Notes: a model not told the origin generated them from the sequence alone. Counted from the stretch's first letter, positions 1 to 28,335 are shown. The stretch is 64,000 nucleotides of DNA from Octopus vulgaris (GCA_951406725.2 OX597834.1:41416001-41480000); one strand, 5' to 3'. Translations and numbers: made by a program.

Positions 1-187
1 GTATTTCGTCTGCCGCTACGTTCTGAGTTCAAATTCCGCCGAGGTCGACTTTGCCTTTCATCCTTTCGAGGTCGATGAATTAAGTACCAGTTACGCACTG
101 GGGTCGATGTAATCGACTTAATCTCTTTGACTGTCCTTGTTTGTCACCTCTATGTTTAGCCCCTTGTGGGCAATAAAGAAATAAGAA
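1..187 (+). mobile_element. tRNA-derived SINE family 1 (Nin/Deu-like core), cut by the window edge
   Basis: GTTCAAATTCC B-box plus GCCTTTCATCCTTTCGGGGTCGAT core; many copies in the window. Confidence 0.8.
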
Positions 188-413
188 ACCGTAGCAAATC
201 TTCTTTCTTCCCTACCCCTCTCTCTCTCCCCCTCTCTGCCTCTCTCCCGCTCACATGCATGCAGGCTCACACGAACACACATATAGACGCACGTAAACAT
301 TGTAATATATTTTACCTCTGTAATTACAAATGGTTCATTGACTATCCTTATAAAATCATTGCCATCAACATCCCTTTTCTTTTGTTTAATGCATATACTC
401 TTTCTAATCATAG

Positions 414-524
414 GGTTCAACAAACATAAAGAATTGGACACTGACCCAAACCCTGGAAAATGGCACGACCTTCACCCATAAATTTACTGATGGTAATGTG
501 TTTAGTTCTGGTAAAATTGTCAAG
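414..524 (+). CDS. IF paralog A exon 9 (lamin-tail domain)
   Basis: tcatag|GGT...AAG|gtaagt, 111 nt, same size as 49488-49598. Confidence 0.88.
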
Positions 525-2801
525 GTAAGTTTGTGTTATTTTTTAAAATGTTAATTATTCTTATAACGTATATTAACTAAACATTAGATATTATAGGCAG
601 TAATTTAAATTTATAAAAAAGATGGCGACACTATGGCAAGAATGGAATATCGACTGCTGGGAGTCCGCACTCCACATGACAATGTAGAGTAATATTAGGT
701 ATGTTGTTCCAGATATGTTAACTGTAATATTTTCCTTCTATTATTTTCGTCCAGAGTAGAGGGGGGTAAGAGAAGGAGAAGGAAGAAGGAATTCATTTAC
801 TTACCAATGGTGTTAGCAAACCAGTTTCCAATTTGTGCATATATTAATTACATTAAAATCATTAGTAGTTACTTCCAAATGATATTTTTGGAGGTAATTT
901 GAAGTGGATGCCACCTCTCTGACCACCGCAGTAACCACGGACAAGAAAACAATTGCTAATCATTCTCTGTAGAGTAAAAATGTTTAGAGTGTCGAACACA
1001 GGGCCTAATGTTATTCGCTCCACCTCTTCTCACTCTTAGTTCAAATCCTGCTAATGTCTACTTTACCTATCATTCCTCTGAGGTCGACAAATTATATAAA
1101 GTACCAGTTACATACTGAGGATGATAGCATTCGTAAACCTTCTACTCAGTACCCTTTCAGACATTTTTGCCTTTGCAGAATCGTTACGGTATCCGAAAAA
1201 TACGCTTTGACATTTGTTTCCGGCTCTTCGTATTTTTCAAATCCTACCGCATTCAACATTTCCGTCCACCACATCGAGTTTATAAAATAAGGTGCAAGTG
1301 AAAAACTGGAGTCCATGTAATCGACTAAACCTCGTGTTCACATTTTTAATTATTGTTGATAATGTTATTATAATCAATTCCTTTATATCCATCTTTAGGT
1401 TTGGGGATCAAAACACGGTGCTGGACAAGATGGCATCACATCTTCCGATGTCGCTCAATGGGGAACTATGGTCATCCCATCAAAAATTACTTTGAAAGAC
1501 GACAAAGGCAAGGTAAGATCTAATTTATTCTTTAGCACACATTTTCTCTTACACTTTTTCCATTATAGCCATCGAGTACATTTTTCTTTCTAATTTCATG
1601 CACTTTGAGGGTTGATCTATGTAGTCATTTGTCTCCCTGATATACCATATTATATACAATGTACAAATTTTATTTCTAGAGAACAGGGCACAATAAAATC
1701 TGCATTTGAAAAGCATACCGCTTCGATATGCATTTCTTCAACAATCTTAATAAGCTTAGCGGCAGTTAGTAGTATGTAGTAAGGCTGATTCAGTTCACTG
1801 CTCTAAGTAACGTTTGGAATGTGATTTTAATACTGAAAATTTATAGAAATATTTCCTGACCTTGCTGCGTCTGTTTCAATAAACTCTTTCTGTCGGCATG
1901 GCTTTGAGACAGACGTTATATTTTCCAACAGCAATGTTTTTCATACATTTAAAATAGCGACATAATTTGCTTCAGTACACAATAAAAATACTAGTTATAT
2001 ATGAAACGTCGAGTAACCGATAAACAGAACGTATTCTGATTTTCATCTGAGAGAAATCTCGTGAATTTAATACAGCCTAAGAAATGTTTCATTTTTAACT
2101 TATTAGCGCAAAAAAAGAGAGTTAATGTATTGTAACTTCTAAGGTAGCGAGCTGGCAGAAACGTTAGCACGCCGGGCGAAATGCTTAGCGGTATTTCGTC
2201 TGCCGTTACGTTCTGAGTTTAAATTCCGCCGAGGTCTACTTTGCCTTTCATCCTTTCGGGGTCGATAAATTAAGTACCAGCTTCGCACTGGGATCGATGT
2301 AATCGATTTAATCCCTTTGTCTGTCCTTGTTTATCCCCTGTTGTAGAGCTGAAAAAGAGGTAATTTCTACTCTTCTCCTCTGGAAGCCATCTACTCGCAA
2401 TACCGAGGGCGCACACTCTCCTACCCTGATGTAATCTCCAGGGATACAGGCATCCAGCAACAGAACCTCCGTAATGCCATGATGGACCGTGAAGTCTGGC
2501 GTAGCATGGTAAATTCCATTGTCTCGACCACGGTCGAACAATGATGATGATGATGATGTTTATCCCCTCTGTGTTCAGCCCCTTGTGGGTAATAAAGAAA
2601 CATCTATCGTGACTTCTGACTCTTGTGTAAAGTTTTGTGATACACAGGCCAGAACGGCTATTCTCGTTACACGAAGATGGTTAATCTTGTGGTGCCTCAA
2701 CTCCTTAATAGTTCACGAATAACCCTGTTTATTTATTAATTTCTCAATATTTTTTCATTTTTCAGGAATGCGCTACAGTTGTGATCAAAATAAACTCCTG
2801 A
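414..2801 (+). CDS. Intermediate filament protein paralog A, 3' part only (LTD exons 9-11); the 5' part lies upstream of the window
   Basis: Exons 414-524 (GSTNIKNWTLTQTLENGTTFTHKFTDGNVFSSGKIVK), 1399-1512 (VWGSKHGAGQDGITSSDVAQWGTMVIPSKITLKDDKGK) and 2766-2801 (ECATVVIKINS*). All have AG/GT boundaries in phase 0 and are homologous to exons 9-11 of paralog C. Confidence 0.88.
1399..1512 (+). CDS. IF paralog A exon 10 (lamin-tail domain)
   Basis: ctttag|GTT TGG...AAG|gtaaga, 114 nt, near-identical to 50410-50523. Confidence 0.88.
2141..2600 (+). mobile_element. SINE family 1 copy interrupted by an RTE-like LINE 3' end (about 2340-2557)
   Basis: The SINE body resumes after an (ATG)n tail; GTTTATCCCCT is duplicated around the insert. 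Confidence 0.75.
2766..2801 (+). CDS. IF paralog A terminal coding exon
   Basis: tttcag|GAA TGC...TCC TGA; followed by a 3' UTR homologous to those of B and C. Confidence 0.8.
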   Translation, partial: ECATVVIKINS

Positions 2802-3100
2802 AGAACGTAATGTTGCAGCAGAGAAAATTCATTTTTGTTCCTGTTAGCACCAAGTTTCAGAAAATCTCTTTATATTTTTTTAAATAAAAATTTTAGTCAA
2901 AATACTAATTCTAAAGTAAATTTCTAAACAAATTCCAATTTTCTGTTTTAATAATTTTTAATGATTCTGAAACATTTAAGATAATTATAGAAAATAAGAC
3001 TAAATTCATTTTTCAATACAATATGTTTTTCAAAATTGTTAAATAACTATTCAAATATTAACAAACTCTTCACCTTGATAGTTTTTGTAATCGTAATTTC

Positions 3101-3385
3101 AATAAAGATTGGTATTCTACAAGTTACCGAGATAATATGATATCGATGCCTGGTGTGTTTTGCTTTCAAATATTTTGTACTTTATGATATTTTACATTAC
3201 AAAATTTTATACTAAATTTATGCTGTTTAAGAATCGAGGAAGATATGCAACGATATCTTTTGAAAATATGATTAAATTTGCTTCCAAATTAGAGAACATT
3301 ATTCCATATTCCATTTACAAACTTGTACTTTCTAATTCGAATCCGAAGACCTTTTGGTTAAATTGTATGGAAAAAGGGCAATAAA
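3101..3385 (+). promoter_or_regulatory. Two AATAAA polyadenylation signals of paralog A (3101-3106, 3380-3385)
   Basis: Both hexamers are at homologous positions in B (22494, 22770) and C (52016, 52279). Confidence 0.55.
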
Positions 3386-3404
3386 ATGATATCAATATAT
3401 ACTC

Positions 3405-3815
3405 TTTTCTCTTTTTTTCTTTTACTTGTTTCAGTCATTTGACTGCGGCCATGCTGGAGCACCGCCTTTAGTCGAGCAAATCGACCCCGGGACTTATTCT
3501 TTGTAAGCCTAGTACTTATTCTATCGGTCTCTTTTGCCGAACCGCTAAGTGACGGGGACGTAAACACACCAGCATCGGTTGTCAAGCAATGCTAGGGGGA
3601 CAAACACAGACACACAAACACACACACACACACATATACACACACATACATATATATATATACATATATACGACAGGCTTCTTTCAGTTTCCGTCTACCA
3701 AATCCACTCACAAGGCATTGGTCGGCCCGGGGCTATAGCAGAAGACACTTGCCCAAGATGCCACGCAGTGGGACTGAACTCGGAACCATGTGGTTGGTTA
3801 GCAAGCTACTTACCA
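3405..3815 (-). mobile_element. tRNA-derived SINE family 2
   Basis: Matches 4473-4893 in reverse; AAAAGAGT-type tail. Confidence 0.8.
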
Positions 3816-4125
3816 TATTTTCGTATGATTTTTAATCACCACTAAATAGTCTTATTTTAATATCTTATAAGGAAAAAAATCAGAAGAGTTTCAGTAGATT
3901 CCGAAGTCGTCTGGAGGCCGTGGATTAAGCCAATGGCGATTTTATTTCAAGATACTTCTATGTACTTTTGCTAAATATATCTGTTAAAATGAGATACCAG
4001 TGTTATTTTTATTTTTGCGTAATTTAGACGACAATTTATTCACCGCACCCTGTATATCTACCTACCTACCTACCTACCTACCTACCTACCTACCTACCTA
4101 CCTACCTATCTACCTATCTATCTAC

Positions 4126-4207
<82 letters not shown>

Positions 4208-4245
4208 GAGTGTATGTATAGTATGTATGTACACACACACATATA

Positions 4246-4288
<43 letters not shown>

Positions 4289-4472
4289 CACATACACACA
4301 CATACATATATGTATATATACATTACAGAATGCGTATAACTAAATCGTCGTAATCATCCAAGCGTGTAGACATGATTGATTGTTCATCTGTAAGTCGTTG
4401 AAACAATTGTGAACAACGAAATGAATGAAACGACGGAATATACACTCTTCCCTTATTATTTATACACACTAT

Positions 4473-4893
4473 AGGCGCAGGAGTGGCTGTGTGGTAAATA
4501 GCTTGCTAACCAACCACATGGTTCCGGGTTCAGTCCCACTGCGTGGCATCTTGGGCAAGTGTCTTCTGCTATAGCCCCGCGCCGACCAATGCCTTGTGAG
4601 TGGATTTGGTAGACGGAAACTGAAAGAAGCCTGTCGTATATATGTATGTATATATATGCGTGTGTGCATGTGTGTTTGTGTGTCTGTGTTTGTCCCCCTA
4701 GCATTGCTTGACAACCGATGCTGGTGTGTTTACGTTCCCATCACTTAGCGGTTCGGCAAAAGAGACCGATAGAATAAGTACTGGGCTTACAAAGAATAAG
4801 TCCCGGGGTCGATTTACTCGACCAAAGGCGGTGCTCCAGCATGGCCGCAGTCAAATGACTGAAACAAGTAAAAGAGCAAAAGAGTAAAAGAGT
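4473..4893 (+). mobile_element. tRNA-derived SINE family 2, full length
   Basis: GGCGCAGGAGTGGCTGTGTGGTAA head, GGTTCAGTCCC B-box, internal (TA/TG)n, GAAACAAGTAAAAGAG tail. Further copies at about 8410-8700, 13015-13435, 33371-33783, 42897-43250, 48041-48418, 56095-56497, 58990-59400 and 62868-63280. Confidence 0.85.
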
Positions 4894-5025
4894 AACACTA
4901 TCCTATATCACTACACTTACACATTTGCATACCTTCACACACCTCCACGCTCACAAAAAAACAACAACATGTACTCTCACATCACACACACACTTCCACT
5001 CTATACTCACCTCTATACGCAGACA

Positions 5026-5303
5026 GACTTCATAAGTTCTCTGTTGGTTCACTAGGCTAACAATATTGTTTAGATTAGTGAAGAGATCCAAGTATTTTTA
5101 TGGCTGTGTCCAAAGTTATGCTTCATCACAATTCCATGCTGTAAATCCGTTCTTGGACATCCTGTTTTTTTTTTTTTTACACAGAGTGATATATCGTACA
5201 AGTTATAAATAATGGTGATTACATATTTTCCCTTTATTTGAGTAAATTTGTCTTACAGCTGTTTCCAGTAGTCATTACAGGTACGTTTGTGATAGGTTTA
5301 CTC
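5026..5303. repeat. About 270-bp block nearly identical to 24380-24655
   Basis: Direct comparison shows only a few substitutions and a T-run length difference. Confidence 0.85.
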
Positions 5304-5554
5304 GGTTTCTAAATAGTCACATTGCGCAGCAATACACCAGTCTCGGCGTTTCTGCCACATTTGGAGTCCAGCCTGGAAGTCAATATCCGTGAGTCGAGTA
5401 CCTTCTGCGATTCGCTCTGGATCTTGACAACGGTGTTAGAACAGCGACCTCCGAACTGCATTTTCCTCTTGGAGAAGGGATGGAAGCCCGCAGGCACTAA
5501 ACCTGACAAATACGATAGGTGTGGAAGCGATACCATGTTGTTCGGTGAAGAATC

Positions 5555-6100
5555 CAGTTGTTCGTGTTCCACAGAACCAGTCGCTTTCACCAAATGTACC
5601 CCCTGAAACGCATCAAACGCCGCAGTAGAACTCTCGAACGAGGGTCTGGTCCTGGGGAACAATTCTCCATGCATAATATCACATTACCGGGGTGATGCTC
5701 GTGGCAGGTCTCACAGATCTCTCATCGTTTTCCAGGGAGGTTTTCTTGCTTTTAAAGCGCCCGTATCACTCGAAACATTGCTTACCAACCATTGCTTCAA
5801 CGCTGTAAGCTTGTCAAAGTATGCTCAATGTCTTTGCAGCAGACTTCCCCAATGTGACGCAAAATTTCACGTTGAATCTTTGTTTCAGCTTCCTGTCCGT
5901 GAAAAACATCTCAGACAGGATCATACACGCGTTCTCAAAAGCACGAATTTCATGACTTGCGAAGTAAACACAGCAATGTCTCTCAGCACAGTGCTTCGTG
6001 AAGGTCGCTGCTTGCACTCACTGCACATGCAACCGTGTGCTGCCGTCTTTTGGTGCGCAACAACACTAATCCGGGGAATTTTTCGTACTCTCCCGTATAT
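5555..6100 (-). mobile_element. Degenerate, internally deleted mariner element
   Basis: Minus strand QRFNVKFCVTLGKSAAKTLSIL (HTH) and frameshifted REFYCGV...NNWILH catalytic-region remnants; related relic at about 54150-54530 (+). Confidence 0.7.
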
Positions 6101-6143
6101 ATGCGCCAGAGTATTATTTAATATTCTCTCTCTTTCAACCCTC

Positions 6144-6178
<35 letters not shown>

Positions 6179-6554
6179 CGACTGTGTTTTACATTAAACA
6201 TGACACCTACGCATTAACACTTACGACACGGATGTCTAACACAAGGAATTTTAGTTTTACTGCGACGAAACAAGATTAATGCACATACACTCACTCACAC
6301 AGACAGACAGACACACACACATTCACACACACCCACCCACACGCAAACACATACTCAAATACACAGACACATATACACATACCAGGGACAATGCGTTTGA
6401 GAAGCAAATTTTTTAACATGCAACCACATATATATATTATGCGTACCACAATACAATCATTTTCGAGTGGTTTTTAGATGCCGGATTTAATAACTAACAA
6501 GAGCCCTAGATGATAAGTCGGAAGAAATTAGGAGAGTCAACTGCCATCATATAT

Positions 6555-7043
<489 letters not shown>

Positions 7044-7619
7044 CGTAAAATATATAGGATAGCGATGTTTTTTCTAGAAATTTCACCACCAGTGGCATGG
7101 CATGTATTAAACAAAAAAAAAAAAAAAATAGATTAGCAACATTGCTAATGGTTAGGGCAGCGGACTCGCGGTCGTAGGATCGCGGTTTCGATTCTCAGAC
7201 CGGGCGTTGTGAGTGTTTATTGAGCGAAAACACTTAAAAGCTAGCTTCCGATATACGGAGCTTTTAACTGGTAGCACTTGCATGTGCAAGTTGTTTGCAA
7301 GACATCTTAACTCCATACAAGCATAAATCTAAACTTGGATATTGTCTTTGTATCCTGGTTATAAACATAAATCCCTGCTGGTGTCCGCTCATTTGCAATT
7401 ATCTGTTAAGCCCTAACTCACGGCTGAGGCAGCGTACACTCCATCCGTCACCGAGTCATTGTTTTCTGTTTTTTATAGATGTACTTTGCCACTATTTCTT
7501 GTCGTACATGCAACCATATATGGACTCCTTATCTCGCTCGGTCTATCGCCATTTGTGTATCTATTCGGTGACTCACCGATATATAGCTTTCTTTACATAC
7601 ATTCAGTCCTAAAGCTCCA

Positions 7620-22201
<14,582 letters not shown>

Positions 22202-22837
22202 AGCCCATGAAGAACGTAACGTCTCAGCAGGAAAAAATCCGCTTTGCTGCAGTTAGCACCAAGTTCCAGAAAGTGTCCCCCACCCCAATGATAATAAAAA
22301 TTTCAGTTAAAATACTAATTCTAAAGTAAGCTTGTAGAAACTTCAAATATTCTAATACTTTTTATATGATTTAATAACATTTAGAAAGAAAGGTAAATTT
22401 AATTTTCAGTACAATATATTTTACAACATTGGTAAACAATTATTCAAATATTAACAAACGCTTCAATTTGATACGATTTGTAATCGTAATTTTAATAAAG
22501 ATTTCTATACCACGAGTTAATTAGATATTATAATATCGATGTGCGGTGTGTTTTGCTTTCAAATATTTTGAACCTAATGGAATTTCGCACTATTGAAGCG
22601 AAAAATTTATGCAATATGAAAATCGAGGAAAATATGCAACGATATGTTTTGAAAATATGATTAAATTTGCTTCCAGATTAGAGAGCATTATTTTTTATTC
22701 TATTAACAACCTTGTACTTTGTAATTCGATTTCAATGATCTTTTGGCTAAATTGTATGGGTAAAAGGGCAATAAAGTGTTATTAATATACATATTTTCGT
22801 ATGATTTTTAAATCTCTATTTGTCTCCTTCTCATTTT

Positions 22838-23225
22838 TATCTCTCTCTATATAAACGGCAGTTTGTCTGTGTGTGTTTCTGTGTGTCTATTTGGTTGTAC
22901 CCTCACCCTGACCACGGCTTTCAACCGATTCTGATGAAACTTGACACACACATAGCCCAATGTCATAATTCAAAACTAACGCAGCGAAAATTTTGAAAAG
23001 TTCTCCCAGTTCTGAAAAAAATCGATAAATTCGACATGGGGTCGAGAATCAGAAACACAAACCACAGACTGTCTAGGGGACGCAACTCCACCTTTTTTAA
23101 ATCTCAAAAAAAAATTTACCATCATTTTTTTCCATTTTTTTGCTGTTTTTTGGCTATAACTCTCTAAAAATGATTTATAGTTATTTCCCTTACAAACCTG
23201 AGCAACGCCGGGCGATACTGCTAGT
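22838..23225 (+). mobile_element. Non-autonomous Helitron-like element
   Basis: 5' TC...TATATAAACGGCAGTTTGTCTGTG; 3' hairpin GAGCAACGCCGGG followed by CTAG; a related element with the same 3' end lies at about 55030-55535. Confidence 0.6.
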
Positions 23226-23421
23226 ATTTTATAAGGGCGAAGTACTCGGGTACACCTTAATTTTTTTTATTCTTTTCTTTCCCACCATAATTTCTCCCTC
23301 TATTTTCTCTCTGTGTTTCTCTTCACTCTTTTCTCTTTCTGATGAAAGACTAGCATCCGAAAAGTTAAGTTACTTATAACTTCCTTTTAAACCTTAAATG
23401 TATTCTAATGTTGTTTACACT

Positions 23422-23478
<57 letters not shown>

Positions 23479-23744
23479 GAGGATAATATCGATATTTAAG
23501 TATCCATATTATCAAGTGGCCAGCATGGGAAAAATACCGTACAAAGGTAATAATTTTTAACAATTAACAATGAGGGTGTCTAAGAGACACCAACATGCCG
23601 AAATAGCAGTATATTTTGTCCCTCTGTCTTATCTCATGGTGCGATGCGAACACTTAACGTGGTTTTTATAGTCAGAGTTTCGACTGCTATTTCGGCATGT
23701 TGGTGTCTCTTAGACACCCTCATTTTTAATATATATATATATAT

Positions 23745-24275
23745 ATCCCCAACAAAGATGTCCTCAGGCAAGCAGGAATACCAAGCATGTTTGCACTCCT
23801 CACACAAAGACGTATGAGATGGCTTGGGCATGTTAGCCGTATGAAAGATGGCAGAATCCCCAAGGACTTACTCTACGGAGAGCTTGCTAGGGGTACTAGG
23901 TCTGTGGGTAGACCGCTCTTACGTTACAAGGACTTTTGCAAAAGGGACATGAAGGCCTGCAACATCAATATTAGCGGTTGGGAGGCAGTTGCCGGCAACC
24001 GTGGAGACTGGTGACGTACCGTAAGAGAGGGAATACAAAGGAGTGACAGAGAGAGAGGAGAAATGGAAAGACAGAAAAGACGTCAACCAGAAACTATGGC
24101 ATTACAACCAGCCAGGAACAGTCTTCGCTACATTTGCGGTACCTGCCAGAGGGAGAGTTTGTCCAGGATAGGACTACACAGCCACAGCAGGAAATGTATC
24201 AGGACATGAAATGTAAAAGCCGGACTAGACTACTTTATGCGCAACTCCGTTGTCTCCCGAGACAAAAAAGGATGC

Positions 24276-24280
<5 letters not shown>
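23745..24280 (+). mobile_element. RTE-clade LINE 3' fragment
   Basis: QRRMRWLGHVSRMKDGRIPKDLLYGELARGTRSVGRPLLRYKD...W, typical RTE C-terminus. Confidence 0.85.
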
Positions 24281-24339
<59 letters not shown>

Positions 24340-24918
24340 CTTATAGTGAGGGATTATCAGTTTATGAATCTGGGCAAAAGACTTCATAATCGCTGTTGGT
24401 TCACTAGGCTAACAATATTGTTTAGATTAGTGAAGAGATCCAAGTATTTTTATGGCTGTGTCCAAAGTTATGCTTCATCACAATTCCATGCTGTAAATCC
24501 GTTCTTGGACATCCTGTTTTTTTTTTTTTACACAGAGTGATATATCGTACAAGTTATAAATAATGGTGATTATATATTTTCCCTTTATTTGAGTAAATGT
24601 GTCTTACAGCTGTTTCCAGTAGTCATTACAGGTACGTTTCTGATAGGTCCACTCAATCGGTCCATTGATCAGTTGAAAAAAATTGCACGACCAAAACAAT
24701 TTACGCCAGTTTCGCCAGAGACATTCCTGGTTTTAACAAAGCAGAACACTGAAGGAATGCTGAGTGCATGGGGGGGGGGGGGAGGAAAAGATGGAAAGAT
24801 GCAAGTAGAATAGAGAAAAATAGAGAAAGAGGAAGGCAGGTTATAAAGGGGTGAAGAGAAATAAGGAACGGATAGAGGAAGAGGTCTCTTAATAGAAGTA
24901 GGTAGAATAGGATGGTGT

Positions 24919-25293
24919 AGGCGCAATGGCCCAGTGTTTAGGGCAGCGGACTCGCGGTCGTAGGATCGCGGTTTCGATTCCCAGACCGGGCGTTCTGAGT
25001 GTTTATTGAGCGAAAACACCTAAAAGCTCCACGAGGCTCCGGCAGGGGATGGTGGTGATCCCTGCTGTACTCTTTCACCACAACTTTCTCTTACTTCCTG
25101 TTTCTGTTGTACCTGTATTTCAAGGGCCGGCCTTGTCACTCTCTGTGTCACGCTGAATATCCCCGAGAACTACGTTAAGGGTACACGTGTCTGTGGAGTG
25201 CTCAGCCACTTACATGTTAATATCACGAGCAGGCTGTTCCGTTGATTCGGATCAACCGGAACCCTCGTCGTCGTAACCGACGGAGTGCTTCCC
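24919..25293 (+). mobile_element. tRNA-derived SINE family 3
   Basis: GGCGCAATGGCCCAGTG(G/T)TTAGGGCAGCGG...GGTTTCGATTCCC head; TSD AGAATAGGATGG; copies at 36048-36433, 48828-49198, 59781-60150 and 63651-64000. Confidence 0.85.
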
Positions 25294-26049
25294 AAGAATA
25301 GGATGGCCAAAATTTGGGAAAAAGGACAGTCATCAGACATTACTGTTTGTAGTCAGGTCAACACATGAACATATTGGCATTGTTTTTAGGTTAGATATTC
25401 TGCAAATGTTTTGTTGAAATTTGATATGGGACTTTTATACATATGGTCAACCTAAGTTTTTTAATATTTGGTTATTGGTGCTATTACGAATAGCAAGGGG
25501 AATTATATTAGATGTTGAATGGAGTAAAACTCGAGAAAGCTCTGATTAGTTAGGATATAAAATATTAAATTTATTTCGTTATATGAGGTTTAAATGAGAT
25601 AAAGTCAAGTTGAGTTGTTGAAATTAATCTCGTTATATGAGGTTTAAAATTTAAACCATTAAATAGATTACAGATTAAAATCTGAATCAAAGTGAAAAAA
25701 TTCTAAATTAAGCACTAAAGCAAACCAAAGTTAAAAAAAGGTTTTATGAAATAACAGGTGATACTAAAACAATAATGATGACGATGATGACCACATCAAC
25801 ATCAACATCAACAGCACCAATAACAATGATATGAATAAAATAACAATAAAATGATAATACAAAGTAATAAAAAACATTAAAAAGATAATAAAACAACAAT
25901 AAAAGGTAAAAACAACAATAATAATGAAATATAAATGAAAGTCAAAAAATTTTAAAAATTAAAAGAATTTTTGAAAAATTAGAAAAATAAATAAAAAATA
26001 CAAGTAAAAACAAAGAAAAATAAAAACACAACACACACACATTGATGAA

Positions 26050-26800
26050 TTATATGATTATTTAGTAATTGTTTAATAAAATGAATTCAATTTATAAACT
26101 TTAATAGAATCTACACAAAAAAATATCACTTATTTTCATGAAAATTTTGCCAGTTCTGATCAAGTCGCTGTTGGTAGCGTGAAGCCATCAAATCATAAAC
26201 ATTGAGAAACATTTCCTTCGGTATTTGCGTGAATTCTTGTTATTTGCTGTTTTCAAATTGTCGAATATTGACCGTTTTCTATCATAAATTTTATCGCCTA
26301 AATATCCCCACAAAAAATGCCTAGAATTGAGAGGTCCAATGAACGCAGAGGGTATCGTAGTGAGTCCTCTATCCAATGCATCTTTTTGGAAGAACCCCAT
26401 CAATGTAAGCCTTGCATTTCTACGAACAATGCTATCCCATCTAATTGGAAATAAAACGCTATATCAACAAAGCTCTGATAAATGCTTGGCACGAAATAGT
26501 GTCTCAGTAAGTTCAAGTGAATAGGAATTGTCACAGTTCCTTCGAAAACGGATGATCCAATAAAACCCTTTGATGATAAACTGTACTATACTGTAGCTCC
26601 TGATGAACTGATATGATATTTTTGACGTATTCGACGGATTCTCAGGTCTTCTGTACGTGCGGTTGTGGCGGTTGGTTGAACCACTTCACTATTTAAGATC
26701 ATCACTTAAAACACACCTTGCACAATAGCAACTGGGGAACACTATACATTCCTCAGGATCATCTTCATTCAGGCCGTGGACGATTCTTAGAATGTAACAG
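26050..26800 (-). mobile_element. Degenerate Tc1/maT-like transposase relic
   Basis: FFQKDA...PLNSRHFLWGYLGDKIY resembles the FQQDGA...PDLNPLDFFLWGYLKDKVY motifs. Confidence 0.55.
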
Positions 26801-27051
26801 CGATTCAAAATTTGAAAGCTGCCCGATTTTCAAATTTCAATCCCCATTGGCGGCACAAAGCTTCTTGAATGCTGACTAAAAGTTTCTCGTACACGTTTTA
26901 TGTCTGAGGAAGTGAACGAAATCTAAGAAAATATTCTTACACGTTTCTGTATATTGCATGTATTAGAAAACAATATATGAGATATGAAAAATGATAAAAT
27001 ATCGTTCGTTTACGATTTGAATTCTTCTTTCCTCATATTAACGATAAATAC

Positions 27052-27500
27052 ATGTATGTATGTATGTATGTATGTATGTATGTATGTATGTATGTATGTA
27101 TGTATGTATGTATGTATGTATGTATGTATGTATGTATGTATGTATGTATGTATGTATGTATGTATGTATGTATGTATGTATGTATGTATGTATGTATGTA
27201 TGTATGTATGTATGTATGTATGTATGTATGTATGTATGTATGTATGTATGTATGTATGTACGTATGTATGTATGTATGTATGTATGTATGTATGTATGTA
27301 TGTGTATGTATGTATGTATGTATGTATGTGTGTATGTATGTATGTATGTATGTATGTATGTATGTATGTATGTATGTATGTATGTATGTATGTATGTATG
27401 TATGTATGTATGTGTGTGTGTATGTATGTATGTATGTATGTATGTATGTATGTATGTATGTGTGTGTGTGTATGTATGTATGTATGTATGTATGTATGTA

Positions 27501-27533
<33 letters not shown>

Positions 27534-27576
27534 ATGTATGTATGTATGTATGTATGTGCGTACGTATGTATGTATG

Positions 27577-27607
<31 letters not shown>

Positions 27608-27670
27608 GTACGTGCGTATGTATGTATGTATGTATGTATGTATGTATGTATGTATGTATGTATGTATGTA

Positions 27671-27703
<33 letters not shown>

Positions 27704-27716
27704 ATGTGTGTGTGTA

Positions 27717-27749
<33 letters not shown>

Positions 27750-27912
27750 ATGTGTGTATGTATGTGTGTGTGTGTATGTATGTGTGTATGTATGTATGTA
27801 TGTATGTATGTATGTGTGTGTGTGTATGTATGTATGTATGTATGTGTGCGTGTGTATGTATGTATGTATGTATGTATGTATGTATGTATGTATGTATTTA
27901 TGTATGTATGTA
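27052..27912. repeat. Compound (TATG)n/(TG)n microsatellite, about 860 bp
   Basis: Seen directly. Confidence 0.97.
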
Positions 27913-28104
27913 TTAACACTATTTACGATAATAGAAGCAGATTTTTTTACGAATTAGGAAGTCTATTTATTGCATACAACACTATGAATGGTTGCGCCAG
28001 CCGTGACTAAACAGGCTACTCTACCTAATCACAATTAATAACACACATTTCTAATAATAGGTGGTGCAGGGCTTTTCAACGATGAACTACGCCCAGTATG
28101 TATA

Positions 28105-28335
28105 TTTGTTTTCTTATTACCCACAAGGGGCTAAACATAGAGGGGACAAACAAAGACAGACAAACGAATTAAGTCGATTACAACGACCCCAGTGCATAAC
28201 TGGTACTTAATTTATCGACCCCGAAAGGATGAAAGGCAAAGTCGACCACGGCGGAATTTGAACTCAGAACGCAGCGGCGGACGAAATACCGCAAAGCATT
28301 TCGCCCGGCGTGCTAACGATTCTGCCATCTCGCCC
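28105..28335 (-). mobile_element. SINE family 1
   Basis: Reverse complement of the 2141-type SINE; further copies at 11105-11310 (+) and 14290-14455 (-). Confidence 0.8.

Noticed and set aside
5100-5165. Possible C/D snoRNA or miRNA in the conserved block (GTGATGA on the minus strand; TGTCCAA/TTGGACA stem)
   Set aside because: No downstream CTGA D box and no long hairpin; no known mature miRNA recognised
5309-5674. 121-aa ORF as a possible gene or missing exon 1 of B
   Set aside because: Minus strand, partly frameshifted mariner sequence, no coiled-coil or IF similarity
24919-24995. tRNA gene-like sequences at SINE heads (also 6830-6895, 36360-36430, 59783-59855)
   Set aside because: They continue into repeated SINE bodies with TSDs and lack a proper acceptor stem
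26984-28010. Long ORFs of 200-316 aa (MYVC/HTYI repeats)
   Set aside because: Translations of a (TATG)n microsatellite; no coding signal
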